Shown piece by piece: positions 1 to 10,770 of a stretch of 64,000 nucleotides of DNA (positions within the stretch are counted from its first letter, which is position 1; each line of letters begins with the position of its first letter). A model generated the notes under the pieces. It was not told the origin of the DNA and did no database searches. It saw only the letters and a program-made list of their open reading frames with translations. A program made the translations under genes and the position numbers. Source of the stretch: Clostridiales bacterium DTU086 (lineage in GTDB: Bacteria; Bacillota; DTU086); contig LFTO01000116.1 of the NCBI GenBank assembly GCA_001513335.1, positions 536-64,535 of the forward strand, written 5' to 3'.

Positions 1-16
1 CGTCCCCTGTTTTATT

Positions 17-700
17 ATGATGTTTTATGAGGTGTTACAAATGTACCAGTGTCCAACGGTGATAGAACGAGCGGTAACTAAAAATGGAGAGATCCAGCTG
101 CAGAGAAGGGGTAGCGACTATGAAATAATCTTTAACGGGACTTTTCTCATGGCCACTTATAACGGGGAATCCGAAAAACTCCTGGTTAGATTGGCTATTG
201 AGGCGGCGGAATCCCCGGAAGCGGTTTTAATTGGCGGTCTGGGGGTCGGCTATTCCCTGGGCGAGGCTTTACGCTTTGCATCGGTAAAAAGAATAACTGT
301 AGTAGAAATAGAAGAAAAGATTATAGAGTGGAACAGAACGCACCTCTCGGCTTATTCCGGAAATGCTCTTGACAATCCAAAGGTAAAAGTGGTAAACGCC
401 GACTTCATTGAATGGATGAAGAATTCCAGAGAAAAATTTGATGTGATCTGTTTGGATATTGACAACGGACCGGACTGGGTGGTTATGGATGACAACAACA
501 AGCTTTACAGTGATGCGGGAATTCGAAATATATTGAAAATCCTGAATAAGTCGGGGGTTGTTTCTTTTTGGAGCGCTGCGAAGTCTGACACCTTTGAACA
601 AGCCTTGAGAAAGTGGTTCTACAGCGTTAGCGTTACGGAAGCAGGCAACAAAAAAGGAGGACCGGACTACATATATTTAGCTACTAACCCTCGAACGTAG
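17..700 (+). CDS. spermidine/spermine synthase-like (polyamine aminopropyltransferase fold) protein
   Basis: 227 aa. The glycine-rich LIGGLGVGYS segment and the overall arrangement resemble the aminopropyltransferase/SAM-methyltransferase fold. Called from the translation only. Confidence 0.45.
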   Translation: MMFYEVLQMYQCPTVIERAVTKNGEIQLQRRGSDYEIIFNGTFLMATYNGESEKLLVRLAIEAAESPEAVLIGGLGVGYSLGEALRFASVKRITVVEIEEKIIEWNRTHLSAYSGNALDNPKVKVVNADFIEWMKNSREKFDVICLDIDNGPDWVVMDDNNKLYSDAGIRNILKILNKSGVVSFWSAAKSDTFEQALRKWFYSVSVTEAGNKKGGPDYIYLATNPRT

Positions 701-1017
701 AAAGGGGGACGGTTCTCTGTTCGACAATTCACAGTTAAAAAAGAACCGATTCGGTGGTCTTTGTAGGAATTGTTATTTGTTAAGGAGTTAGAGGGAAATT
801 CATAAAGACAGCTATCCCGATTAAAGATGGATATATCTCTAAACAAAATCTCTAGACGTAAAACAAAAACCGTCCTTTGTTTCCCTTAGCCTAATAAGAT
901 CTATAGAACGTAAAATGAAGAAACCGTCCCCTGGTTAGGCAAAATTTATAGAAAATAGAACAAATGTTTCTTGCCCTGTTTCTTGATTCTGGGTGTGCCA
1001 GCCTTGGACGGGCGCTC

Positions 1018-1046
1018 TTGACATAGCGTGGCTGTTGGGCTACTAT
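1018..1046 (+). promoter_or_regulatory. sigma-A-type promoter (TTGACA-17-TACTAT) upstream of the GGDEF gene
   Basis: TTGACA at 1018-1023, a 17-nt spacer, TACTAT at 1041-1046. A leader hairpin AGGCGGGAA...TTCCCGCCT follows. Confidence 0.5.
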
Positions 1047-1158
1047 GCAATCAAGGCGGGAATGCTTATTTTTAGCTTTCCCGCCTAACTAAATCTTCCC
1101 CTTTTTTGCAAATTATGGAGTTTGCACAGATTGTGGGATACACTGCGAGGTATTTTCT

Positions 1159-2712
1159 TTGAAAATTTTACTTAGTCTTTACCTGGTTTTCGCAGTTATA
1201 GTAACGCAGTTTTTTGCCGCCTATTTCTTTTCAAAGGGCAGAACTAGCTACCGAAAGGCATTTTCTGCCTTGGTTTTATGTGTCAGTGTTTATTTGTTTG
1301 GTTATTTAATGATTATCAACAGCAGCAATTTGCAAGAGATGATTTTTTGGAATCAGTTTCAATATCTGGGATTACCCTTTATTTCTGTACTATGGCTGAT
1401 GGTGGCTCTCCTTCATACAAAAACCATCTATTTTCTAAGAAACCGAATGGCGCTTTTGCTCTTTTTTGTGCCTGTAATCACCTTTTTTATGCGACTCACC
1501 AATCCTTGGCACCATCTTTTCTATATAAACTGGGAAGCCAGACAGTTATTTGGATATTATACCCTGTATATGGAAAGGGGTTTCTGGTACTATGTTAATA
1601 TTTCATACACTATACTGTGTTTGCTTTTGACTATTATCATTTACTTCTTAGGATACTTGAAGAATCAGTCCGGCCATAGCAAATCCAACTTTCTGGTTTT
1701 CTTTTTTGCTTCCTTGCTCCCTCTCATCGGGATAATGCTGGTTCTTTTTGCTTATGAGGAGCGGAGCATTGATTATTCCGCTTTGATAATGCCCATTTCC
1801 TTGCTCATTATTGGTTATGGTATTTTAAAATATGATTTTTTGGAAATAAGAACCCTGGCTCGAGAAACAGTCTTTGAGAACAACTATGCCGGTATGGTGA
1901 TATTGGGGCCGGGACAAAAGATAATAGATTACAATAAGGCTGCTCAGAAGTTTTTTGAAACATTAAACATTTCATTGGGCAATTATCCCATAGAGCTTGT
2001 TCTTAAGGAAGAGCCGGAACTGCTGGAAATTTTTAAGAGTGAGATTGCCCGGGATTTTTCATTGATAATCGATGGGGAAGAACGGTTTTTTGAGATTGAG
2101 GGAGTCCCGTTGGGTGACCCTCACGAGGGAAACACTAGAATGCTAAAATCCATCCGTGATGTTACAGAGGAAAGGAAAATTCAGGAGAAACTGAGGGAAT
2201 TGGCTACGACAGATTCCTTAAGCGGTCTTTATAATCGAACAGAATTTACTAATTTGGCTCAAAAAGAGTTTGCTTTGGCCAAAAAACGTAATGAGGAATT
2301 ATCTTTGTTGATGATGGACCTAGATCATTTCAAATTTATCAACGATACTTTTGGACATGCGGCGGGAGATGAAGTGATTCGTGAAGTAGGGAACATCATA
2401 AAGACCAGTTTCAGGAAAACCGATATTGCCGGACGTTTAGGGGGAGAAGAATTTGTTGTGGTTCTAAAAAACACATCTTTGAAGGAGGCAGAAAAGGCCG
2501 CGGAGAAGCTTCGGAAGAATCTGGCTAGGGCAAAGGTGAATTACAGGAAGCATGAAATTAGTTTTACCGTAAGCATTGGAGTTGCGGCAATTTTTGGTGA
2601 TACTAACAATGAAAACGATTTTGAAGATTTTGAAGATTTTTTAAAACAGGCAGATGATGCCCTGTATAAGGCAAAAGCCCAAGGACGAAATTGTGTTGCT
2701 GCTTTGGGGTGA
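1159..2712 (+). CDS. membrane-bound sensor diguanylate cyclase (GGDEF domain)
   Basis: The N-terminus has multiple hydrophobic helices. The C-terminal domain carries RLGGEEFVVVL (the GGEEF active-site motif) and the surrounding GGDEF-domain consensus (DHFKFINDTFGH..GD). Confidence 0.85.
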   Translation: MKILLSLYLVFAVIVTQFFAAYFFSKGRTSYRKAFSALVLCVSVYLFGYLMIINSSNLQEMIFWNQFQYLGLPFISVLWLMVALLHTKTIYFLRNRMALLLFFVPVITFFMRLTNPWHHLFYINWEARQLFGYYTLYMERGFWYYVNISYTILCLLLTIIIYFLGYLKNQSGHSKSNFLVFFFASLLPLIGIMLVLFAYEERSIDYSALIMPISLLIIGYGILKYDFLEIRTLARETVFENNYAGMVILGPGQKIIDYNKAAQKFFETLNISLGNYPIELVLKEEPELLEIFKSEIARDFSLIIDGEERFFEIEGVPLGDPHEGNTRMLKSIRDVTEERKIQEKLRELATTDSLSGLYNRTEFTNLAQKEFALAKKRNEELSLLMMDLDHFKFINDTFGHAAGDEVIREVGNIIKTSFRKTDIAGRLGGEEFVVVLKNTSLKEAEKAAEKLRKNLARAKVNYRKHEISFTVSIGVAAIFGDTNNENDFEDFEDFLKQADDALYKAKAQGRNCVAALG

Positions 2713-2858
2713 CAGGTGTGGATTCTTTCCCAATTTTTTAGAATGGAAAAGGTCCTGAATAAAACATTAGGCAGGGCAATTCTTCGTTAGTGAAGAATAA
2801 ATAATGGTAACCGTTACACCACCTGCATTATTTTATATCTGGGAAGAGGACATCCGAG

Positions 2859-3815
2859 ATGAACTTTGTAGCTATTGATTTTGAAACTGCCAACTGTTCC
2901 CTGGGAAGTGCTTGTGCGCTTGGGATTGTAATCGTGGAACTAGGGGAGATAGTACATAAGGAATTCAGATTGGTACGACCCAAGGATCTTTATTTTTCTT
3001 CCTTCAATACCAGGATTCACGGCATTACCGAGAAAGATGTAATACACGAACCTGAGTTTAACGAAATTTGGCCCCAAATCCTGCCTCTCATTAAAGGCAG
3101 GAACCTGGTAGCCCATAATGCCTCCTTTGACATGAACGTTTTAAGGGAGGTACTCCTGCAGTATGAACTGCCGTGTCCTGATTTTCCCTACTCCTGCACC
3201 CTGCAGATTTCCAGGAGAACGTGGCCAGAATTAAGGAGCCACAGGCTAAATGTGGTTGCTGAATACCTGGGGATTTCCTTTAAGCACCACGATGCTTTGG
3301 AAGATGCTTTGGCCTGCGCCTCGATTGCAATTAAAGCTTGTCAAGTGCATAGAGCCCACACTCTTGAGGAACTGGCTGAAACACTGGATATCAACATGGG
3401 AACCACAGCCTGCATCAGGAGGCCGAGGCAATCCTATGCCTATGGTTACAGCTCCAAGTATCCCAACCCCAAGGATATCTGCCCGGATGTGAGTGAGTTT
3501 GATACCAAGCACCCTTTCTACGGGGCGGTATGCGTTTTCACCGGTAACCTGAAGACCATGTCCAGAAGGGAAGCCATGCAGAAGGTAGTAAACTGCGGTG
3601 GCTGCTGCAGCAATTCTGTGAGCAAAAGGACGCGTTTTCTAATCATGGGTGAAACAGATTATTACCGGGTGAAAGGGGAAAAGAGTGCCAAGTACAGGAA
3701 AGTGGAACAAATGATCAGTGAAGGCTTAAATATTGTTATTCTTGATGAGGAAAAATTTATTGAAATGCTGGGGCCTGCCGGGGCGAAAACAAATAACAAC
3801 ATTGCATCCAGGTAG
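2859..3815 (+). CDS. DnaQ-like 3'-5' exonuclease fused to a C-terminal BRCT domain
   Basis: DEDDh motifs are present (AIDFETAN; HNASFDMNVL; HDALEDA). The C-terminus FTGNL..SRREAMQKV..GG..SNSVSKRTRFLIMGE is BRCT-like. Confidence 0.75.
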   Translation: MNFVAIDFETANCSLGSACALGIVIVELGEIVHKEFRLVRPKDLYFSSFNTRIHGITEKDVIHEPEFNEIWPQILPLIKGRNLVAHNASFDMNVLREVLLQYELPCPDFPYSCTLQISRRTWPELRSHRLNVVAEYLGISFKHHDALEDALACASIAIKACQVHRAHTLEELAETLDINMGTTACIRRPRQSYAYGYSSKYPNPKDICPDVSEFDTKHPFYGAVCVFTGNLKTMSRREAMQKVVNCGGCCSNSVSKRTRFLIMGETDYYRVKGEKSAKYRKVEQMISEGLNIVILDEEKFIEMLGPAGAKTNNNIASR

Positions 3816-3976
3816 TAGTAACTATAGTAAAATTAAGGCTGCGTCTTTAATGAAACCGGCTGTCTCTGTCCGCTTGTTTTTCAACGAAAAAGCTTTTCAG
3901 GCAAATTGAACAGTATCCAATTAATAAAATCCGGAGCATAAAAAAACACTTTATATATCTAAAAGGGGGGCATTTT

Positions 3977-5584
3977 ATGAAATTTGATTTAACAGACTAT
4001 CCCTATTCTTCCCAGCGGAGGTCTGTATATGCCCGAAATGGAATGGTTGCAACATCCCAGCCATTGGCTGCCCAGGCAGGTCTGGATATTTTGAAAAAGG
4101 GCGGAAATGCAATTGATGCGGCAGTTGCTACTGCTGCCTGTCTTACGGTGGTAGAGCCTACCTCTAACGGAATTGGCGGCGATGCATTTGCTCTCGTTTG
4201 GACCCAGGGGAAACTTTACGGCTTAAATTCCAGTGGGCCTGCTCCGGAGGCTCTCTCCCTTAATGTTCTTGAGGGATTAGGTATCAAAGAAATACCAAAG
4301 TACGGGTGGATACCGGTAACTGTTCCCGGTGCACCGGCTGCCTGGCAGGAATTGTCCTCTCGCTTTGGCAGGCTGCCTCTGACGGAGGTTTTGGACCCGG
4401 CCATTAGGTATGCGGAGGAGGGGTTTCCTGTTTCTCCAACTGTAGCCTTGCTGTGGAAGAGAGCCCATAAAAACTTTACAAAAAGTCTTCAGGGGCCAGA
4501 ATTTAAGCACTGGTTTGAGACGTTTACTCCCAAGGGGAGAGCGCCGGAAGTGGGAGAGATTTGGTCTTCCAAGGGACATGCGGAAACCCTAATGTCTATT
4601 GCAGAAACTAAAGCCCAGTCATTCTACAGGGGAGATATTGCGGAGAAAATCGACCGGTTTTCCAGGGAATTCGGTGGTTATTTAAGAAAGAAGGACCTGG
4701 AAAATTTCCAGCCGGAATGGGTTGAACCTATAAGTATTAACTACAGGGGATATGATGTCTGGGAAATACCCCCTAACGGTCACGGCCTTGTGGCACTTAT
4801 GGCCTTAAACATATTAAAAGGATTTGATTTCGAGTTCAAGGAATCTCCGGAAACATACCACAAACAAATTGAAGCTATGAAACTGGCCTTTGTTGACGGC
4901 TTGAAATATATCGCTGATCCGGCGCATATGAGTATCCGTGTTGAGGATCTTCTCTCAGATGCCTATGCCGAGGAAAGAAGAAGGCTGATCGGAAAAGAGG
5001 CATTGCAGCCTGAACCTGGCACCCCGCCCAAGGGAGGAACGGTATACCTGGCAGCCGCCGATGGTGAAGGAAATATGGTTTCATACATTCAAAGCAATTA
5101 CATGGGTTTTGGTTCGGGTTTGGTAGTTCCCGGAACAGGAATCTCCCTGCATAACCGTGGAAACAATTTTTCCCTGGATCCCTCTTCTGACAATGTCCTT
5201 AAGCCAGGAAAGAGACCTTACCATACAATAATCCCCGGGTTCCTGACAAAGGACGGGCAAGCTGTAGGGCCCTTTGGAGTAATGGGAGGTTTTATGCAGC
5301 CCCAGGGGCATGTCCAGGTTGTAATGAATACCGTGGATTTTGGGCTTAACCCCCAGGCGGCTTTAGATTCCCCAAGATGGCAGTGGAAGAAGGGTAAAAC
5401 CGTAGAAATAGAACATTCATTCAAAAAATACATTGCCGGTTGTCTCAAAGAAGCCGGACATGACATTCAATACAATGTAGATTCAAGCGGTTTCGGTCGA
5501 GGGCAGATTATTTGGAGAACTGAAAGCGGTGTCCTAATCGGCGGATCTGAGCCAAGGACCGATGGAGTTGCTGCTTCCTGGTAA
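3977..5584 (+). CDS. ggt: gamma-glutamyltranspeptidase
   Basis: 535 aa. Start ATSQPLAAQAGLDILKKGGNAIDAAVA, catalytic Thr region GGTVYLAAADGEGNMVSYIQSNYMGFGSG, C-terminal GGSEPRTDG. These are typical GGT-family signatures. Confidence 0.85.
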   Translation: MKFDLTDYPYSSQRRSVYARNGMVATSQPLAAQAGLDILKKGGNAIDAAVATAACLTVVEPTSNGIGGDAFALVWTQGKLYGLNSSGPAPEALSLNVLEGLGIKEIPKYGWIPVTVPGAPAAWQELSSRFGRLPLTEVLDPAIRYAEEGFPVSPTVALLWKRAHKNFTKSLQGPEFKHWFETFTPKGRAPEVGEIWSSKGHAETLMSIAETKAQSFYRGDIAEKIDRFSREFGGYLRKKDLENFQPEWVEPISINYRGYDVWEIPPNGHGLVALMALNILKGFDFEFKESPETYHKQIEAMKLAFVDGLKYIADPAHMSIRVEDLLSDAYAEERRRLIGKEALQPEPGTPPKGGTVYLAAADGEGNMVSYIQSNYMGFGSGLVVPGTGISLHNRGNNFSLDPSSDNVLKPGKRPYHTIIPGFLTKDGQAVGPFGVMGGFMQPQGHVQVVMNTVDFGLNPQAALDSPRWQWKKGKTVEIEHSFKKYIAGCLKEAGHDIQYNVDSSGFGRGQIIWRTESGVLIGGSEPRTDGVAASW

Positions 5585-5644
5585 AAGCCTTCTCATGTTT
5601 GTTGTTTTGAGGTAGCAGACGGAGACGGAAAGGAGGTAATTGGG

Positions 5645-6553
5645 ATGTATAGAGTGTCAAAAGAAACGATGGTTTACACCATGTCTCCAAACAATTTGCC
5701 GGTGATGAGGGTTGAAAGCGGTTCAACTCTTGTGTTTGAGACCTGTGACTGTTTTGAAGACCAGATTAAAACAGTGGATACGCCGTTTAATGAATTGGAT
5801 TGGAACCGGATAAACCCGGCAACGGGACCTGTGTTTGTCAAAGGTGCCGAACCTGGTGATGCTCTCTGTGTGAAAATCCAGTCAATAAAAGTTGGGGACC
5901 AGGGTGTAATGGTAACCGGTCCTGATATGGGTGTAATCGGGGATGAGCTCGAGGAAAATTCTATCCGTATCGTCCCCATAAAAAATAACAGGGCGATCTT
6001 TTCTGAAAAGATTGAGCTCAAACTTAATCCTATGGTCGGTGTGATCGGGACGGCCCCTGCCAGGGAAAGCATTCCCTGTGGTGAACCGGGAAGCCACGGT
6101 GGGAATATGGACTGTAAAGTAATTACTGAAGATGCATCTGTATACCTGCCGGTAAATGTGCCTGGCGCATTGTTGGCAATGGGGGACCTCCATGCAGTTA
6201 TGGGTGACGGAGAGGTGTCCGTTTGTGGTGTTGAAGTGCCCGGTGAGGTTACAGTAACCGTAGAAGTAATCAAAGGACATGATTTACCCCTTCCAATGGT
6301 CACCACAGAAGAGGCTGTCTATACAATTGCCTCGGAAATGTCACTGGATGAAGCTGCCCAGTCTGCTGTCCGCGGCATGGTAAAAATTCTGGAAGGATAC
6401 GGCCTCTCCAAAGATGAAGCTATTGGGCTAATGAGTGCCGGCGGGGACCTCCAGATCTGCCAGGTGGTGGATCCCAAAAAAACTGCCCGGTTTAGAATGT
6501 CCAGGTCAATTCTCAAGGCATTAGGGGCACCGGGAAACGGTATGGATATATAG
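5645..6553 (+). CDS. acetamidase/formamidase (FmdA_AmdA) family amidohydrolase
   Basis: 302 aa. The GPVFVKGAEPGDALCVKI segment and the length fit the FmdA/AmdA family. Confidence 0.65.
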   Translation: MYRVSKETMVYTMSPNNLPVMRVESGSTLVFETCDCFEDQIKTVDTPFNELDWNRINPATGPVFVKGAEPGDALCVKIQSIKVGDQGVMVTGPDMGVIGDELEENSIRIVPIKNNRAIFSEKIELKLNPMVGVIGTAPARESIPCGEPGSHGGNMDCKVITEDASVYLPVNVPGALLAMGDLHAVMGDGEVSVCGVEVPGEVTVTVEVIKGHDLPLPMVTTEEAVYTIASEMSLDEAAQSAVRGMVKILEGYGLSKDEAIGLMSAGGDLQICQVVDPKKTARFRMSRSILKALGAPGNGMDI

Positions 6554-6600
6554 ACTGGTGTCATTGTCCAATAAAGACTATTCAAATAAAATGAGCCAAG

Positions 6601-6625
6601 CCGCCTTTGAAAAAAGGCGGTTTTT
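6601..6625 (+). terminator. intrinsic terminator after the formamidase gene
   Basis: CCGCC-TTTGAAAAAA-GGCGG followed by TTTTT. Confidence 0.7.
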
Positions 6626-6705
6626 GAATATGTGGGCAAGCCCTGCTATAATAGAATAGCTGTCTCTGGACAGCGGTATATCTTTTATGGAAAGGATCTT
6701 CTAGA

Positions 6706-8529
6706 ATGAAGCAGCAAAACTTAAGAAATATAGCCATAATTGCTCATGTTGACCATGGCAAGACTACTTTAGTGGACCAGCTCTTGAAGCAGAGCGGTTT
6801 TTTTCGCAAAAACCAGGTAATGCCCGACAGGGTGCTGGACAGCAACGAACTGGAACGAGAGCGGGGAATTACTATTCTGTCCAAAAATACAAGCATCCAG
6901 TATAAAGGCACAAAGATAAATATCGTTGATACCCCAGGCCATGCTGACTTTGGCGGCGAGGTAGAGCGCATTGTAAATATGGTGGACGGGGTGTTGCTCC
7001 TGGTTGATGCCTTTGAAGGGCCTATGCCCCAGACCCGCTTCGTGCTGAAAAAAGCCCTGGAAGCCAGGCTTAAACCGATTGTAGTAATCAACAAAATAGA
7101 CCGGCCGGGTGCCAGACCCCTGGAAGTAGTGGATGAGGTACTGGACCTGTTTATCGATTTAGGTGCCGATGATGAGCAGCTGGAATTCCCTGTAATTTAT
7201 GCTTCAGCCAAAAAGGGATACGCCAGTTCCGACTTGGACAGTGCCGGAACGGATATGGCACCCCTGCTGGATTTGATTATTTCGGCAATTCCTGTCCCCC
7301 AGGGGGACGAGACGGCTCCTCTGAAGCTGGTCATTTCCTCTATCGATTATGACAGCTACATTGGGAGGATCGGTGTTGGGAAAATAACCCGGGGCAGCAT
7401 TTCCAAAGGGGAGGAAGTGGTCCTCTGCAATCCCTATGACAAGCAGGTAAAGGTAAAGATAAGCAGCCTGTATGTTTTTGAGGGTCTAAAGAGAGTGGAG
7501 GTGGAAAGGGCCTCTGTAGGTGAAATTGCTGCCGTATCAGGCATTGAGAATTTAACCATCGGGGATACCATTTGTGACCCTGAAGTCATCGACCCGGCAC
7601 CCCTGCTCCACATTGATGAACCTACTCTCTCCATGAATTTTGTAGTGAATGACAGTCCCATGGCGGGACGTGAGGGAGAGTATGTTACCAGCAGGCATTT
7701 AAGGGAACGTTTGGAACGGGAACTTCTCTCCAACGTTTCCCTGCAGGTTGAGGAAGTAACACCGGATTGTTTTAAGGTATCGGGACGCGGGGAACTGCAT
7801 TTGTCCATACTGATTGAAACCATGCGCCGGGAAGGGTATGAGTTTGCCGTGACCAGGCCGGAAGTAATAACCAAATTTGTGGACGGCGTTTTATGTGAAC
7901 CGGTGGAAAGGCTCTTTTTAGAGGTGCCCTCGGAGTATGTGGGAACGGTAATTGAAGGCCTTGGTACCCGCAAAGGTGAAATGGTCTTTATGGGCAGCAG
8001 CGAGGGGAGCACTACAAATATGCAGTTTTTGATCCCTGCCCGGGGGCTTATCGGCTACGCTTCCGAGTTTATTACTGAGACCAAAGGGAACGGCACCATG
8101 AGCCACACCTTTGAAACCTACGAACCCTATAAAGGGGATATTCCCGTGAGGACCCGGGGGGCTCTGGTAGCTTCGGAAGCAGGAATATCGGTAGCTTACG
8201 GTCTCTATAACGTACAGCAGAGGGGCAGCTTATTTATCGGTCCGGGAGTTGAGGTATACGAAGGAATGATTGTTGGGGAAAATTCACGCAGCGTCGATAT
8301 TACCGTCAATGTCTGCAAGAAAAAACACCTCACCAATACACGTTCTTCCAATGCGGATGAGGCTCTTACCCTTACACCTCCGGTGATTATGACTCTGGAA
8401 AAGTGTATGGAGTTTATCAAGGAAGATGAGCTCCTGGAAGTAACACCTAAATCTCTGAGGCTGAGGAAGATGATTTTAAACAAAGATGCCCGGGTAAAGG
8501 CTGGGAAAAAGAGGAATCAGGCTTCCTGA
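6706..8529 (+). CDS. typA: translational GTPase TypA/BipA
   Basis: N-terminus [20 protein letters not shown]; G-domain motifs DTPGHADF and NKIDR; 607 aa, typical of BipA. Confidence 0.9.
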   Translation: MKQQNLRNIAIIAHVDHGKTTLVDQLLKQSGFFRKNQVMPDRVLDSNELERERGITILSKNTSIQYKGTKINIVDTPGHADFGGEVERIVNMVDGVLLLVDAFEGPMPQTRFVLKKALEARLKPIVVINKIDRPGARPLEVVDEVLDLFIDLGADDEQLEFPVIYASAKKGYASSDLDSAGTDMAPLLDLIISAIPVPQGDETAPLKLVISSIDYDSYIGRIGVGKITRGSISKGEEVVLCNPYDKQVKVKISSLYVFEGLKRVEVERASVGEIAAVSGIENLTIGDTICDPEVIDPAPLLHIDEPTLSMNFVVNDSPMAGREGEYVTSRHLRERLERELLSNVSLQVEEVTPDCFKVSGRGELHLSILIETMRREGYEFAVTRPEVITKFVDGVLCEPVERLFLEVPSEYVGTVIEGLGTRKGEMVFMGSSEGSTTNMQFLIPARGLIGYASEFITETKGNGTMSHTFETYEPYKGDIPVRTRGALVASEAGISVAYGLYNVQQRGSLFIGPGVEVYEGMIVGENSRSVDITVNVCKKKHLTNTRSSNADEALTLTPPVIMTLEKCMEFIKEDELLEVTPKSLRLRKMILNKDARVKAGKKRNQAS

Positions 8530-8704
8530 AGTTAAGAAAGTGATATAATGCCAGTCTCAATCCGGCAAAAACGTGTCTTTGGCCATTTTCTGGTCTCCTT
8601 GTCAAGGAAAGCTCCTAGTAATGGTTATTTTTGGTTGCGCATAATCTTAGGATAGCATATTCTTTAAAGTAACGGTGCGTATGCCAAAGACGAGGAGGTC
8701 TAAA

Positions 8705-9574
8705 ATGAAACCGAGAAAAGGCATGGCTGTTTTGATCATCCTTACTTTGCTGGTCACTATCATGTCTCCTGCGGCTTTTGCTGGAAAAGCAGATGTGGTA
8801 AGCCTTGGTGCAGATCTTTCAAAAGCCCAGCAGGACGAAATGTTGAGGGAATTTGGTGTTTCTCTGGGTGATGTTAATATTATTGAAGTAACGATACAGG
8901 ACGTAACAGAGCATTTAAGGGGGATTGCCACCAGGGACCAGATAGGTACTCATGCTATTTCTTCGGCGTACGTTAAACTGCTTCCGGAGGGTGCAGGACT
9001 TCGGGTTGATGCCCGCAATGTAACCCTGGTGACTGAAGAAATGTATGCCAACGCTCTGGTAACAGCGGGGGTTGAAGATGCCCAGGTAATGGTTGCTGCA
9101 CCTTTTAACGTAACGGGAACGACTGCACTTACCGGGATTATGATGGCTTTTGAAGAGGCAACGGGTCAACGGCTGTCAGGTTTTGCTAAGGATGCCGCCA
9201 ATGAAGAAATAATTGTCACCGGAGACATTGGGGCAAAAATAGGGCAAAGCGAAGCGGCAAAGCTGGTTCAAAATATTAAAGAAGAAATAGTAAAAAGAGA
9301 TATCAAGTCTCCTGAGGATATCCGCCAGGTGATTATCGATATTGCCAACGAGTTGAATATTAAGCTATCAGATGAACAAATTGATCAGATCCTTAATTTG
9401 ATGAAAAAAATAAGCCAGCTGGATTTGAACATTGATGATATAAGCAGGCAGCTGGAGAAAATAAGTAAAGGTCTTGATGTGGTCAAAGATACAATAAACG
9501 AGAACAAAGGTGTTCTGCAAAAAATCCTGGATGCTATTATGGCCTGGTTGAGGAGCATATTTGGTACTGAGTGA
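8705..9574 (+). CDS. secreted DUF1002-like protein (signal peptide)
   Basis: RBS GAGGAGG 8 nt before the ATG at 8705. Hydrophobic signal peptide MAVLIILTLLVTIMSPAAFA. Coiled-coil-rich C-terminus. The ORF track starts at 8675. Confidence 0.5.
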   Translation: MKPRKGMAVLIILTLLVTIMSPAAFAGKADVVSLGADLSKAQQDEMLREFGVSLGDVNIIEVTIQDVTEHLRGIATRDQIGTHAISSAYVKLLPEGAGLRVDARNVTLVTEEMYANALVTAGVEDAQVMVAAPFNVTGTTALTGIMMAFEEATGQRLSGFAKDAANEEIIVTGDIGAKIGQSEAAKLVQNIKEEIVKRDIKSPEDIRQVIIDIANELNIKLSDEQIDQILNLMKKISQLDLNIDDISRQLEKISKGLDVVKDTINENKGVLQKILDAIMAWLRSIFGTE

Positions 9575-9836
9575 ACCTCTACCACTTATAGAAGTGGGGG
9601 CTTCAACAATACTAATACCAAACGCATTTCCTGTTAGGGAAATACTTACCCCCAAAGGGTATGGGTTATCAGCCTGGCTTCCCAATGACAACTTTGGCCC
9701 GGTACAAGAGTTCTACTACTTCACGCACTAGGCAATCCAAGATACTTGGCTTTACTGATGGTTAGGTTTTGGAACCGGCTGCCGCAGTAGGGAACGTGGT
9801 ATGTAGCTTGGGAACAGAAGCTTTTTAGAATAGATG

Positions 9837-9868
9837 TGCAGCATTATTTTCGGTGCTGCATTTTTTTT
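9837..9868 (+). terminator. intrinsic terminator
   Basis: TGCAGCA-loop-TGCTGCA followed by T8. Confidence 0.75.
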
Positions 9869-9938
9869 CTGCCTGCGCCTTCCGGTTTACTATTGGTCCA
9901 GGATTTTTAAACTGCCCTTCATTTTATTATATATCTTA

Positions 9939-10400
9939 TTATATATCCACTTTTCTTTTATCCAGCCAGTTTAAAGTGTATGTTAAAAACAGCCCGTATG
10001 CAGAAGCAGAGATGAAGTGGGATACAGCAGCAGCGAAAGTGTGCTGTGTGAGGGTAGGAAGGTCCAACACTATGGAAACTGCATATATGAAAAACCAGGC
10101 AAATATTCCATAGATCCAGCCTTTTACCAGGTAATTGCCGCTCGTCGTTTTGAGTAACAAACTGGAAAAAATGACTCCCAGAAAACCGGCAAAGAACAAC
10201 TGTCCCAGCTGGGCAAAGACTATTTCTGGAGTATTAGCGGGAAGACGCCCGTAAATTACCACAGAAGCCCAGTCTGACAACCGTTCAAGGTGCAGTCCCA
10301 AAAGTATCGCTGTCCAATCAACTATATTCATTGCAATTCCGCCGGCAATGCCGCCGATAAACCCTGCTGTAATCCTGTCCTTAATGATTGATCCCTCCAA
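9939..10400 (-). CDS. hypothetical integral membrane protein
   Basis: 153 aa with about 4 hydrophobic helices. No recognisable motif. Confidence 0.5.
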   Translation of the reverse strand: MEGSIIKDRITAGFIGGIAGGIAMNIVDWTAILLGLHLERLSDWASVVIYGRLPANTPEIVFAQLGQLFFAGFLGVIFSSLLLKTTSGNYLVKGWIYGIFAWFFIYAVSIVLDLPTLTQHTFAAAVSHFISASAYGLFLTYTLNWLDKRKVDI

Positions 10401-10634
10401 TAAAATCCTTTTGCAGCATTATGAAGATATAATATATTGTGCATATTTTGGGAAGAGATTATTTACAATGAAGGAAAGAAGGGGCCTGATTTATGTTCTG
10501 TATTCATGGACTTAATTTTATTAGAACACTTATTAAGGCCGTCAGCAAAAGATAGGGGGAAGTTTTTTTATTTACAGACAGTATGAGCGGGGCCAAAAAA
10601 CTTGTCGGCCGGGGATAAGTAGTTACTTTCAGGC

Positions 10635-10662
10635 AAAATAAAAGACGAGGCAGAACCTCGTC
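10635..10662 (-). terminator. intrinsic terminator downstream of tRNA-Arg
   Basis: On the minus strand, GACGAGG-loop-CCTCGTC followed by a T-run (an A-run on the plus strand). Confidence 0.6.
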
Positions 10663-10680
10663 TCAATACAATTCAAAATC

Positions 10681-10757
10681 TGGTACGCCTGGGGAGACTT
10701 GAACTCCCGACCCCCGGACTCGGAATCCGTTACTCTATCCAACTGAGCTACAGGCGC
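10681..10757 (-). tRNA. tRNA-Arg (anticodon CCG)
   Basis: The reverse complement folds as a cloverleaf: acceptor GCGCCTG, D-arm GCTC/AGTTGG, anticodon loop TTCCGAG (CCG), T-arm GGGAG-TTCAAGT-CTCCC, encoded CCA. Confidence 0.9.
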
Positions 10758-10770
10758 ATATCATAAGTCT

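Noticed and set aside
5674-8012. Long antisense ORFs inside ggt, formamidase and typA (for example 5674-6306 minus, 7434-8012 minus)
   Set aside because: Typical shadow ORFs opposite well-supported genes. They are Ser/Pro/Thr-rich and lack RBSs.
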